64,000 bases of DNA from the sequence record LC494302.1; one strand, written 5' to 3'. Below, piece after piece: positions 54,902 to 63,337 of the stretch. The translations under genes were made by a program, and so were the position numbers. The notes below the pieces were generated by a model. That model had not been told where the DNA came from. It saw only the letters and a list, made by a program, of their open reading frames with translations, and did no database searches. Position 1 is the first letter of the stretch. Every line of letters begins with the position of its first letter.

Positions 54902-57691
54902 ATGTTAAACAATAATATTGATAATATTGTACAACTTCTTTATGGGCATCACAAATTTATTGAAAGAAATACTGGTGATACAATAGACCCAACAGTACAA
55001 CATTATGTGGTGAATAATCAGGGTGTTTTGGCGAACAACCGTCATTTTATTAACTATTCTGCAATGGAAGGTCAACCAAACGGTGACGGGACAACAGAAG
55101 GTCAAAGTCTATTAATTTTAGGATACATTTATGCGTATCTGGCAACAAATGATCCAATGTTTTTAGATAAAGCCAAATGGTACTGGGATGCATATCATCA
55201 GTACTTTTATGCTGGGCGTGAATTACCAGACCCACCAACCCCACTGCAATGTAACTGGATAGTTAATGCCAAAGAACCGATTTTGGCTAACTGGCCTTTA
55301 GCTGATGATGGATGGCCTACACATGGTGGTTTCAAGGGTGTAGAATTTACATTTACAAATGGACAATGTAAAATACCACATGGTGCACCTTATTATGGTC
55401 AGTTCTTGGATAAAGTAACATTTGCATTCAAAGGTGCTTTAGCATGGAACCAAATAAATGCGTCAGTAAAAGCATTATTACCAGATGGTAGTGTTGATTG
55501 GGATACACCAGGTGAACAATATGATGTTGACTGGATTATCGATTTCATGGGTAGAAAAATCGACTGGGATGGTAATATTTTAGCAGAAGGTTTTGACGAA
55601 TCTGAAAAAGGAACTGTTCAATTAAAGAATACAACAATTAATGGTGTATATAAATTAAATTTTGCAAATCGTCAACCAGTAGAATATGGTGGTGTGATAA
55701 TTCAACGAAATGAAATGCAACACAACCGCCCTCTTCATGTTCCAATTGATTTGGAATTTGCTGATAACGCATCAGATGCAGAATTATGGTTTAGTGATGC
55801 TTCTTATTTGTTATATAAAATAACAAAAGAAAGAAAACATTATTTGGGTTGGAAATGTTCACTACTAACGTGTTATGCTTATGGTGATATTGACTCCAGA
55901 GATAAATTTTTCAGACAAAGTACAATTGTAACCACACCATTCACTGATGGTATTTCCTATGAATATTTTTATCCAAGTGATGCTATTGCTAAGTTTGGTA
56001 GAAATTCTCTAGGATATATTACTATCAGGCAAGACCAAAGTGCACAAAGTACTATGGAACAACAAGCTATTTGGTTCAGGGTCAATGCTGATTCTAAATT
56101 ACTTGTAGACTATGGTGGTGTATGTGATGATGGTAAGCCGTTATCATTTAAACCAGTACTGGAATTGTCAAAAACAAAAAATGACCATGATGTTGTTCGT
56201 TATCGTTGTGGCTTACCGGAAAGTAAAGACCAAAATATCACACATTCATTAACACCTTTAAGTGCATTTGTTAGAGAAAAGAAAGCAGATGGTTCCCCTT
56301 ATATAATTGCTGATAGTAGAATTGTTGTTCCTTATGGTGCAGCTACGTCCGAAATGATATATAGTACTGATATATTAGTTACACGCCGCGATACCATTAA
56401 TCAGTTAGTTTGTGGTGAAGATGATGGTGCTGTTATTGGATTTTGGCTATTAGCAACAAATAAGTCTGAAGTTAAATCTTTTACCTATCGTTCATATGAA
56501 GATGATTACAATATAAGAATTGTAGATGATAATGGTTGGAGATGGTGGTGGATGATTCCTGCAACACACGGGGAATGGACTACAATCACACTAAGTTCCG
56601 ATACATTACGTTTATCTGGGTATCAGCCAAATCATCCAAGTTCTGACCCAAGACCAGATGCACCAGTTTATAGTGAACTAGAAGATATTACTATTTTACC
56701 TGATACAACCCCAGTAGATGGTGTTGCTGCAATAATTGATTGGTATTGTATTAATGACATTCCAGAATTATACACGGATGCTGACGGTGATGACTATACT
56801 ATGACATTTTCAATAACAATTGCAGGTGAATCACCATATACTGCACAGTTAGGGGATTGTGTAATCAAGGATTATTTGTTAAACTCATTGCATTACACAC
56901 CAGGAACAATACCATTTTCTAACATCACTGACCCGTATGCGAACCAGTATTCAGGATGGCGTGGTTTACCGTATCCAGGTTATCAATATCCTGTGATATA
57001 TTGTTTTAAAGACCAGCCGGTAGATAACACACGCTTAGGAAACATGTTAAGCTTTATGAAAGATTCCCAAACATGGTTTACTCAACAATTCGGTACTGTT
57101 GGTCCGTGTGCACAAGCATATGTTTGGAACCGCTGGGATAACTTAAAATATGGTGAACCAGATACATTTACTATGCTACATTGGGGTGATCAAGCATGGA
57201 GTGGGTATGAACCACGTGCGTTCTTTGGGGCTGCCAGAGCATGGCAAGAACTCGCAGAGAGAGGAATTGAACCACCAGCAGATCTTGTTGAATTTTGTGA
57301 GAATTGGATTCACTTTTTAATTCAATTTCAAAAAGATAATGATGGTCGTTCACCAACAATCTTCAATAAAGATGGCACAGTTGAAGGTCCAGATTGGGAC
57401 TTTACAGGTCATATGTGTGGGTTGTGGTTAGCTGGGGCTTGTGCTGCTGGATTGGCTGGATGTAAAATAGAAGGTCTAACAACACTCGCTGATAACTTAG
57501 TTCTCGAACTTCAAAAGAATTATGTTATTGTAAATCCAGGTTCACCAATGAATGGTTCATGGAGTCCAGCAGTTAGAGAAGGTACTGATAATGGTATGTT
57601 TTTTGGTTTCTGGGCAGGTGAGATTATGCGTGGATTGGGATTATACTCAATGTACCGCTTAAACACACCAAATCGTTTCCGTGATTTATAA
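54902..57691 (+). CDS. GH8-like (six-hairpin) glycoside hydrolase with inserted beta-domains
   Basis: GTTEGQS and DNASDAELW match recalled GH8/BcsZ motifs TSEGQS and NSASDGDVW; Trp-rich insert. Confidence 0.65.
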   Translation: MLNNNIDNIVQLLYGHHKFIERNTGDTIDPTVQHYVVNNQGVLANNRHFINYSAMEGQPNGDGTTEGQSLLILGYIYAYLATNDPMFLDKAKWYWDAYHQYFYAGRELPDPPTPLQCNWIVNAKEPILANWPLADDGWPTHGGFKGVEFTFTNGQCKIPHGAPYYGQFLDKVTFAFKGALAWNQINASVKALLPDGSVDWDTPGEQYDVDWIIDFMGRKIDWDGNILAEGFDESEKGTVQLKNTTINGVYKLNFANRQPVEYGGVIIQRNEMQHNRPLHVPIDLEFADNASDAELWFSDASYLLYKITKERKHYLGWKCSLLTCYAYGDIDSRDKFFRQSTIVTTPFTDGISYEYFYPSDAIAKFGRNSLGYITIRQDQSAQSTMEQQAIWFRVNADSKLLVDYGGVCDDGKPLSFKPVLELSKTKNDHDVVRYRCGLPESKDQNITHSLTPLSAFVREKKADGSPYIIADSRIVVPYGAATSEMIYSTDILVTRRDTINQLVCGEDDGAVIGFWLLATNKSEVKSFTYRSYEDDYNIRIVDDNGWRWWWMIPATHGEWTTITLSSDTLRLSGYQPNHPSSDPRPDAPVYSELEDITILPDTTPVDGVAAIIDWYCINDIPELYTDADGDDYTMTFSITIAGESPYTAQLGDCVIKDYLLNSLHYTPGTIPFSNITDPYANQYSGWRGLPYPGYQYPVIYCFKDQPVDNTRLGNMLSFMKDSQTWFTQQFGTVGPCAQAYVWNRWDNLKYGEPDTFTMLHWGDQAWSGYEPRAFFGAARAWQELAERGIEPPADLVEFCENWIHFLIQFQKDNDGRSPTIFNKDGTVEGPDWDFTGHMCGLWLAGACAAGLAGCKIEGLTTLADNLVLELQKNYVIVNPGSPMNGSWSPAVREGTDNGMFFGFWAGEIMRGLGLYSMYRLNTPNRFRDL

Positions 57692-57692
57692 C

Positions 57693-57752
57693 TTGACATA
57701 GAAAAAGTAATTATGTATAATCAGAGAACTTCATATGGAGTTCTCTTTTTTT
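57693..57752 (+). promoter_or_regulatory. consensus sigma70 promoter overlapping an intrinsic terminator
   Basis: TTGACA-N17-TATAAT (57693-57721) then AGAGAACTTC-atat-GGAGTTCTCT plus T-tract. Confidence 0.8.
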
Positions 57753-57765
57753 ATAAGGTGATAAA

Positions 57766-58185
57766 ATGTTAAATGAACGTATTAAAAATGCACTACATGT
57801 ATTGAACCAAGAAGTAAATTCTATTGATAAAAGTACTGACCGTTATAAAGTAATGCATGAAATCAAACAAGAATTGGAATCTATTAATAAGGGAGAATGG
57901 TGGTATCTTCAGCCCGAATATCAAACTCGTGAATTAAACGATGTTGAAAAAGAAATTGTCAAATTCATCACTACTCGTTACTGTGATACATCAGAGAATG
58001 AGGTATCAGCGAACTTCAATCTTACTAAATTGGAAGTCGAAGAAAAATTCAATTTTGATTGGCTTGATTGGATTGAAATGGTCATGGAACTAGAAGAAAA
58101 ATTCAATGTTGAAGTTGATGAAAAGTTCGAGAATAATGAAACGAAGCTGTATGAACTAGTAGAACATATTCAAAAAATGTTGTAA
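57766..58185 (+). CDS. acyl-carrier-protein-like protein lacking the phosphopantetheine Ser
   Basis: FDWLDWIEMVMELEEKFNVEV aligns with ACP [21 protein letters not shown]; ~55 aa N-terminal extension. Confidence 0.75.
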   Translation: MLNERIKNALHVLNQEVNSIDKSTDRYKVMHEIKQELESINKGEWWYLQPEYQTRELNDVEKEIVKFITTRYCDTSENEVSANFNLTKLEVEEKFNFDWLDWIEMVMELEEKFNVEVDEKFENNETKLYELVEHIQKML

Positions 58186-58238
58186 AACTATACAATTGTA
58201 TACTCTAAATAATATCATCAACTATAGGAGATATTATT

Positions 58239-58613
58239 ATGAGTATGTTAGAAATAATTGTTTCAAAAATTCTTATTCCATTTTGGAAACCAATTTCTTT
58301 TGTATTATTAATTGGCGGTTCAGCTTATGCTGGTTGGGAAGCTAATACTTATTACAGTGGATATCAACAAAGCATAGAGCAACAAATAGCTAAAAAAGTT
58401 GATACCGCCTTGGATAAAATGCAACAAGAAAATGCAAAAAATTACCTTGAAACTAAAAAAATCATGGAAGATAATGCTAAAGTTATTGAAACAAAGGTTC
58501 CTTTTATTGTAGAACGTGAAGTTTATAAGAATGTATGTTTAGATGAAGATGGTGTAAAAGTACTGAATGAACTAAAACAAAATTCTCAAGCAGCGAGGAA
58601 TAAATTCAAATGA
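58239..58613 (+). CDS. i-spanin (Rz-like)
   Basis: N-terminal TM helix, coiled coil, VEREVYKNVCLDEDG; overlaps a lipoprotein gene. Confidence 0.72.
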   Translation: MSMLEIIVSKILIPFWKPISFVLLIGGSAYAGWEANTYYSGYQQSIEQQIAKKVDTALDKMQQENAKNYLETKKIMEDNAKVIETKVPFIVEREVYKNVCLDEDGVKVLNELKQNSQAARNKFK

Positions 58614-58918
58614 AAAAATTATTAGTTCCGTTTATTTCTTTTTTAATTATAAGTGGGTGTGCCGAACAAGTAAAACTACAATCCCCTGCACCAATTAAAC
58701 AAGAAATTCTGTTAGAAAGATGTGATGATGATACACCTCTACCACAAAAAATTATGATTGACAAAAATGGTTTTAAAGGTTATGATGGTGCAGAAATTCT
58801 TAAAGTACTTACTCGTTGGGATGCAGTCTACAATGAATGTGCTTTAAAACATGACGCATTGATTAAAACTATTCGTGATTTACAAGGTAAAGATATTAAA
58901 ATCAATATCAAGGAATAA
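58610..58918 (+). CDS. o-spanin (Rz1-like lipoprotein)
   Basis: lipobox ISGC, LLERC..PLP, YNECALKHDALI. Confidence 0.72.
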   Translation: MKKLLVPFISFLIISGCAEQVKLQSPAPIKQEILLERCDDDTPLPQKIMIDKNGFKGYDGAEILKVLTRWDAVYNECALKHDALIKTIRDLQGKDIKINIKE

Positions 58919-58919
58919 A

Positions 58920-59531
58920 ATGAACAAATATCATGTTTACTATACGACAAAATTATCACTTCTTGAAGAATTAAATCAACGAAGTACTAAGATGAAACGC
59001 TACACTTTAAATGGTATTACTTTTCGATATTTCCCACAAAAAGTTCTTACTTTTGTTAAGAATCCAAAATGCGTGGCATGTGGGATTGAAGCTACTGAAG
59101 TACGCATTGAACGTTCATTATGTTCTGATCCAGTATATGGTAAACCACATTTAAATGTATATGCTGTATGTGGTCTTTATGAAGTTTTAATGACAGTTGA
59201 CCATAATCATCTGGCATCTAAGGGTGGACCTGATTTAGAGTCAAACTTTAATACTATGTGCTCCAGATGTAATCAACTACGTTCGAATAAAACTGAAACA
59301 GTTGATGAGTTTCTTGAAAAAGTTAAAGGTCGTAATCTTCTCCAAGAACATATGAATAATTTCTTTAATGTACAAAAAAAGAAAAATAACATTGACAAGT
59401 CGAAACTACTAGAAGAACGTAGGTTACGTCAAGAATTATGGGAAACCGATCATCTATGGCATGTTCGAGAGTTTGGTCGTCATATGAAAGCTTTGAAAAA
59501 AGAACAGAAGAAATTGAATAAACATGATTGA
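58920..59531 (+). CDS. HNH endonuclease-like protein
   Basis: CVACG ... TVDHNHLASKGG...NFNTMCSRCN; start reassigned behind AAGGA. Confidence 0.8.
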   Translation: MNKYHVYYTTKLSLLEELNQRSTKMKRYTLNGITFRYFPQKVLTFVKNPKCVACGIEATEVRIERSLCSDPVYGKPHLNVYAVCGLYEVLMTVDHNHLASKGGPDLESNFNTMCSRCNQLRSNKTETVDEFLEKVKGRNLLQEHMNNFFNVQKKKNNIDKSKLLEERRLRQELWETDHLWHVREFGRHMKALKKEQKKLNKHD

Positions 59532-59572
59532 TATGATATTATAAGGACTTGAGTATTCAAGTCCTTTTTTTT
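59514..59572 (+). promoter_or_regulatory. promoter overlapping an intrinsic terminator
   Basis: TTGAAT-N17-TATTAT with TG extension, then AAGGACTTGA-gtat-TCAAGTCCTT plus T-tract. Confidence 0.65.
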
Positions 59573-59583
59573 GGAGAAAATAA

Positions 59584-59940
59584 ATGAAATCTAAAATCTT
59601 TTTACCACAATTAATGTGGCATCTAGCAGAGTTAGATGAAAATGATGAATTTACTGACTATGGTGCATGGGATGACAGTACTGAAACTTTTAAACCAGAT
59701 GTAAAATATAAAATCATCTACAATGAAAGCAAAGGGCACAGAAGGTGGACTGAAGAATTTGATCTCGTATTTCTTGACATGAGCACAAATAAGTTTTATC
59801 ATTGTACTTATGAACGAGGTTTAACAGAAGATAGACCAGTACAACCATTCAGTAATGAAACTGATGGTGTTAAGTGCAATGAAGTTTCTGTAACCAGAGA
59901 AGAAATTATCACTTATCGAACTTTGTGGAAATATTTGTAA
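59584..59940 (+). CDS. hypothetical protein
   Basis: 118 aa; GGAG SD. Confidence 0.78.
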   Translation: MKSKIFLPQLMWHLAELDENDEFTDYGAWDDSTETFKPDVKYKIIYNESKGHRRWTEEFDLVFLDMSTNKFYHCTYERGLTEDRPVQPFSNETDGVKCNEVSVTREEIITYRTLWKYL

Positions 59941-59941
59941 A

Positions 59942-60340
59942 ATGCTTAAAGAATTAGATTTTTCAAACTTAGAAATTATCAGTGCTGTAAAAAACATTTC
60001 CGATATGGGAGATGAGAAAGCAGTTCTTGTTACTATTACTTTTGTAAAAGAAAAAGATAGCTATAGCCATTTAACTGGTATTGAAGAACTAATTCATAAA
60101 ACCAATCTTGAGAATGATGGTAAACTCATCAAGCTTCAGGCTTCATATACGCAAAAAACGTCAAATTTTATAGACCTAAATAATGTAGTCAAGGTGGTAT
60201 ACAATCATCCTGAACACACATATAGGAACACGACAAGAAATGAAAATGTTGCTAACGATTCGAATATTATCGAAGATGTTGAATTCATAAACACAATTTT
60301 TGATCGTTGTTCTAAGGATTTAAAAAAAGTATACATGTAA
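59942..60340 (+). CDS. hypothetical protein
   Basis: 132 aa. Confidence 0.75.
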   Translation: MLKELDFSNLEIISAVKNISDMGDEKAVLVTITFVKEKDSYSHLTGIEELIHKTNLENDGKLIKLQASYTQKTSNFIDLNNVVKVVYNHPEHTYRNTTRNENVANDSNIIEDVEFINTIFDRCSKDLKKVYM

Positions 60341-60341
60341 T

Positions 60342-60369
60342 GGGACATTATATGTTCCAATGATATAAT
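60342..60369 (+). promoter_or_regulatory. extended -10 promoter (GRACA class) upstream of ncRNA copy 2
   Basis: GGGACA-N16-TATAAT; imperfect inverted repeat TGGGACAT/ATGTTCCA. Confidence 0.72.
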
Positions 60370-60409
60370 GTATATAGAAAATGACAACGGACATTGAAAA
60401 ATGGACACT

Positions 60410-61030
60410 GAGAACCTACTTCTCTTGAAAATGTAAAGGATAGATGAGCTTTACCGTTGTAGCGAACAGCAGAAGAAACCTGTTAGAGTACTGGCATTCA
60501 AACAAACACGATGTAAGACCACGAATCACGGCGACACGGCTGTATAAAGAACTCCGATAAGCATACAGAGAGTTCCTAGATAGATGTATAAGGTTCGCAC
60601 CTTACCAGATTTGCTAAGGGAGTTCAAGGATAGCGGACGCAATTTTTACAAGAAAGTTGCGTCCAAAATTTGAGAACAAGTACTACTTTGATCGAATAGA
60701 GTTAGTACTGAGTGCTGTTGATGAAAAGACCAGCGACCGTTGCATATGACTGCGATAGAGAGAAACCGAGCAACCCGCTTTCGCTCTCTAAATTTTGGTA
60801 CAAGAAAGATCCGTCCAAAATTTGAGAAATTCGCAATTCGATAATATCCGATGCCATCATCGTCAAGAGAGACTTAATTGTCTCTTTTTTATTACCTTCA
60901 TTCCCCTGTGGGGGGATGTAATAGTCCTCAACAAATCCCGTCAAGTTTTTAAAGTACATTATCATTTTCAGAAGGAACTAGTTTACGAAGTAAACGCAGT
61001 GACTTCTTGAGTTACGAGAGAACGAAGTGA
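60410..61030 (+). ncRNA. large structured non-coding RNA, copy 2 (family unassigned)
   Basis: colinear homology with 5135-5730; multiple hairpins; no credible ORF; ends approximate. Confidence 0.8.
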
Positions 61031-61459
61031 ATGAGTAACACAACGAAAATATCCGATAAATCCGAATTAACACAAATGTTATTCAAAGAATATTTTGAGT
61101 TTCAGATAAAAGACGAACATCAATTACCACAGCAATATTTGAAAAGAATTAAAGATCCGTCAGTAATTACTAAAGAAACTAATTTTTATAATAGTATTTT
61201 GGATTTCGTTAAATCAGTTCATACAACAAGACCTATTGTAGTTTTGTTTTTTGATAAATCTATTCCTTTAGTAGTTCCTGAAAATGTATTTTTTATTTCA
61301 GAAACTGATTTAAATAATCAAAGTACTGTAAGTAGATTAAGAAATTGCTTACTTGTAGTATGTGATTCTTCTTTGTATAATAACAGAATACTATGGGATA
61401 GAAGTAAACGCAATGCAGTTTCTGAAATGAATCCTGAAATTACCTTTATTATTAACTAA
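61031..61459 (+). CDS. hypothetical protein
   Basis: 142 aa. Confidence 0.7.
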   Translation: MSNTTKISDKSELTQMLFKEYFEFQIKDEHQLPQQYLKRIKDPSVITKETNFYNSILDFVKSVHTTRPIVVLFFDKSIPLVVPENVFFISETDLNNQSTVSRLRNCLLVVCDSSLYNNRILWDRSKRNAVSEMNPEITFIIN

Positions 61460-61491
61460 ATAATAAGAGAATAACTCTAAGGAGAGATATT

Positions 61492-61932
61492 ATGGAAGAT
61501 ATTAATGATTTACGACACGTAATGGACTTTATCGGAAGTACTGAAGAAGATAATTCGTATGATGAAGTACTATTAACTTTTATTGAAAATAGTTTGTTTT
61601 TAAGTTCTGCTGCACATAACTGGCACTTACAATGTCATTTTTATACAAAGCATTTACAATTAGATGAACTATATAAAGAATTACCAGAATATGTGGACGC
61701 ATTTGTTGAAGGTATCATGAATAATCGTGGTGCTTTACAAGTTGGAACTGGTAATAGTTATCGTTTTACACCAATTGAAGATTGTGTACCAATTCTTGAA
61801 GAATATGTTGAGCAATGTAGAGCAATTCATGATATGCTTGAAGAATCAGGTGATTACGGCAGTGTAAACACATTAGAAGATATTATGAGTTTTGTTGAAG
61901 GAACACTTTACAAACTTAAAGTTTTACAATAA
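61492..61932 (+). CDS. Dps/ferritin-like protein
   Basis: AHNWHL.....KHLQLDELY..L.EYVDAFVE; YKLKVL C-terminus. Confidence 0.82.
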   Translation: MEDINDLRHVMDFIGSTEEDNSYDEVLLTFIENSLFLSSAAHNWHLQCHFYTKHLQLDELYKELPEYVDAFVEGIMNNRGALQVGTGNSYRFTPIEDCVPILEEYVEQCRAIHDMLEESGDYGSVNTLEDIMSFVEGTLYKLKVLQ

Positions 61933-61939
61933 AATATAT

Positions 61940-61969
61940 GGAGAGTCATTGTGACTCTCCTTTTCTTTT
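61940..61969 (+). terminator. intrinsic terminator
   Basis: GGAGAGTCA-ttg-TGACTCTCC plus T-tract. Confidence 0.8.
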
Positions 61970-61980
61970 GGAGAAATAAA

Positions 61981-62598
61981 ATGAAATCTCATGATTTAGC
62001 AAAATTACTACTATCTCAACCAAATCTAGAAATTTATCATTATGATGCAGAGAGTGACTTGCATTATCAGAATTTTGATAATAAATTAATGGTCACCCCA
62101 TCTGGCATTTTCACAACGGTAAAACCCACATCAGTTTCTGAAAATGTACTTACACCATACGAAACCCCGCTCTTGGGTCATGTACAAATTTTCTTTAAGG
62201 ATGGTACTATTACTCCAAAATTGGAGGGTTCATCTATTCAAACTGTTCTTAACTTAGAATCTGGGTTGATATTTAACATTCCTTATGAAAAGCCAATTGT
62301 TTTATTAGGTAAAAATCAATCAGCACCATCAGGGAATCAAAATGCTGTTTGGTATACACCCGATGATATTGATTTCATTTCAGTACTGACAGAATATGAT
62401 CCTAATACTTGGCATGAAACATGGGAAAATATGTCATATGATGAAGCAATTGAATGTGGTAAAAATTTAGCCAAAATGTTATTTCCACAAAAAGAAGAAC
62501 TTTCACAAGAACAAATTGATTCATTTTCTAAAGATTTTCCTGATTCTGAATTCAATGTAAAAGTATCACCTTCTATGATTGATAAAATTGAAAAATAA
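61981..62598 (+). CDS. hypothetical protein (paralog of 63334-63918)
   Basis: MKSHDLAKLLLSQP...VTPSGIF...YTPDD. Confidence 0.8.
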   Translation: MKSHDLAKLLLSQPNLEIYHYDAESDLHYQNFDNKLMVTPSGIFTTVKPTSVSENVLTPYETPLLGHVQIFFKDGTITPKLEGSSIQTVLNLESGLIFNIPYEKPIVLLGKNQSAPSGNQNAVWYTPDDIDFISVLTEYDPNTWHETWENMSYDEAIECGKNLAKMLFPQKEELSQEQIDSFSKDFPDSEFNVKVSPSMIDKIEK

Positions 62599-62604
62599 AA
62601 GAGG

Positions 62605-62964
62605 TTGAACATGAGTGATTACCGCGTAACATCTGGACTAATGGCCCGTCTTATTGAAGCAGTTCCTGAAGATGATTATGAAGCTATTTCAGATCGTCTT
62701 TTTGACGCAGATTCTAAACTCCATATTACATATGATGGTGCATTGATTTACAGTACTGATATTGATATGTCTAGTTATGAATTTGAGATTTCTTTTGGTA
62801 ACAAACTAACTACTGAAGAATTCGCTCAAAAATGTGAGCGTGAAGGGTTGTGTATTGATATTAGTTCAGTTCAGCCATATACATCACTGTGGTATGATGG
62901 TGCTGATAGTCCAATGTCTACTACATCTTTACAGGATTTTCTAAATGCAAATCAAAAAGATTAA
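62605..62964 (+). CDS. hypothetical acidic protein
   Basis: 119 aa; GAGG SD; YNGADSP-like WYDGADSP. Confidence 0.75.
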   Translation: MNMSDYRVTSGLMARLIEAVPEDDYEAISDRLFDADSKLHITYDGALIYSTDIDMSSYEFEISFGNKLTTEEFAQKCEREGLCIDISSVQPYTSLWYDGADSPMSTTSLQDFLNANQKD

Positions 62965-63337
62965 ATTCCACCAGCATTGTTCTATACATGAATGTGATGA
63001 TTGTGGTATACAAATGAGTGACATTTATACAGTTTCCTGTAAAGGTTTCAAATTCACTCACGGTGAACCTGCTTATTGTTATGGTACAGAAGAAGGTGAT
63101 ATCGAAGTAGTACTGAAAGAATTGTTCCAATACTTGCAAAGTGTAGGTCATGATGTTACAATACCCACATATTATGAAGATGATTATGATGCACATGTAG
63201 AAGAAAATACATATTATAATCAATTCGTTTATGGTAATGGTTTTATCACATACCTACATGAGAATGGTATTGAGGTAAAAACTAAGTACACCAGTGATGA
63301 TTATGATGATGATAATTCTATGGAGATTGAAGATTGA
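62945..63337 (+). CDS. hypothetical protein with possible zinc site
   Basis: HECDDCG ... H..AYC. Confidence 0.7.
   Translation: MQIKKIKFHQHCSIHECDDCGIQMSDIYTVSCKGFKFTHGEPAYCYGTEEGDIEVVLKELFQYLQSVGHDVTIPTYYEDDYDAHVEENTYYNQFVYGNGFITYLHENGIEVKTKYTSDDYDDDNSMEIED

Noticed and set aside
60702-61010. ORFs 60702-60965 (-) and 60795-61010 (+)
   Set aside because: Inside ncRNA copy 2; no SD; not conserved in copy 1.
58920-61030. HNH gene plus ncRNA copy 2 as an IscB/HEARO-like RNA-guided unit
   Set aside because: Two genes, a terminator and a promoter separate them; the HNH protein shows no RuvC motifs; copy 1 has no HNH neighbour.
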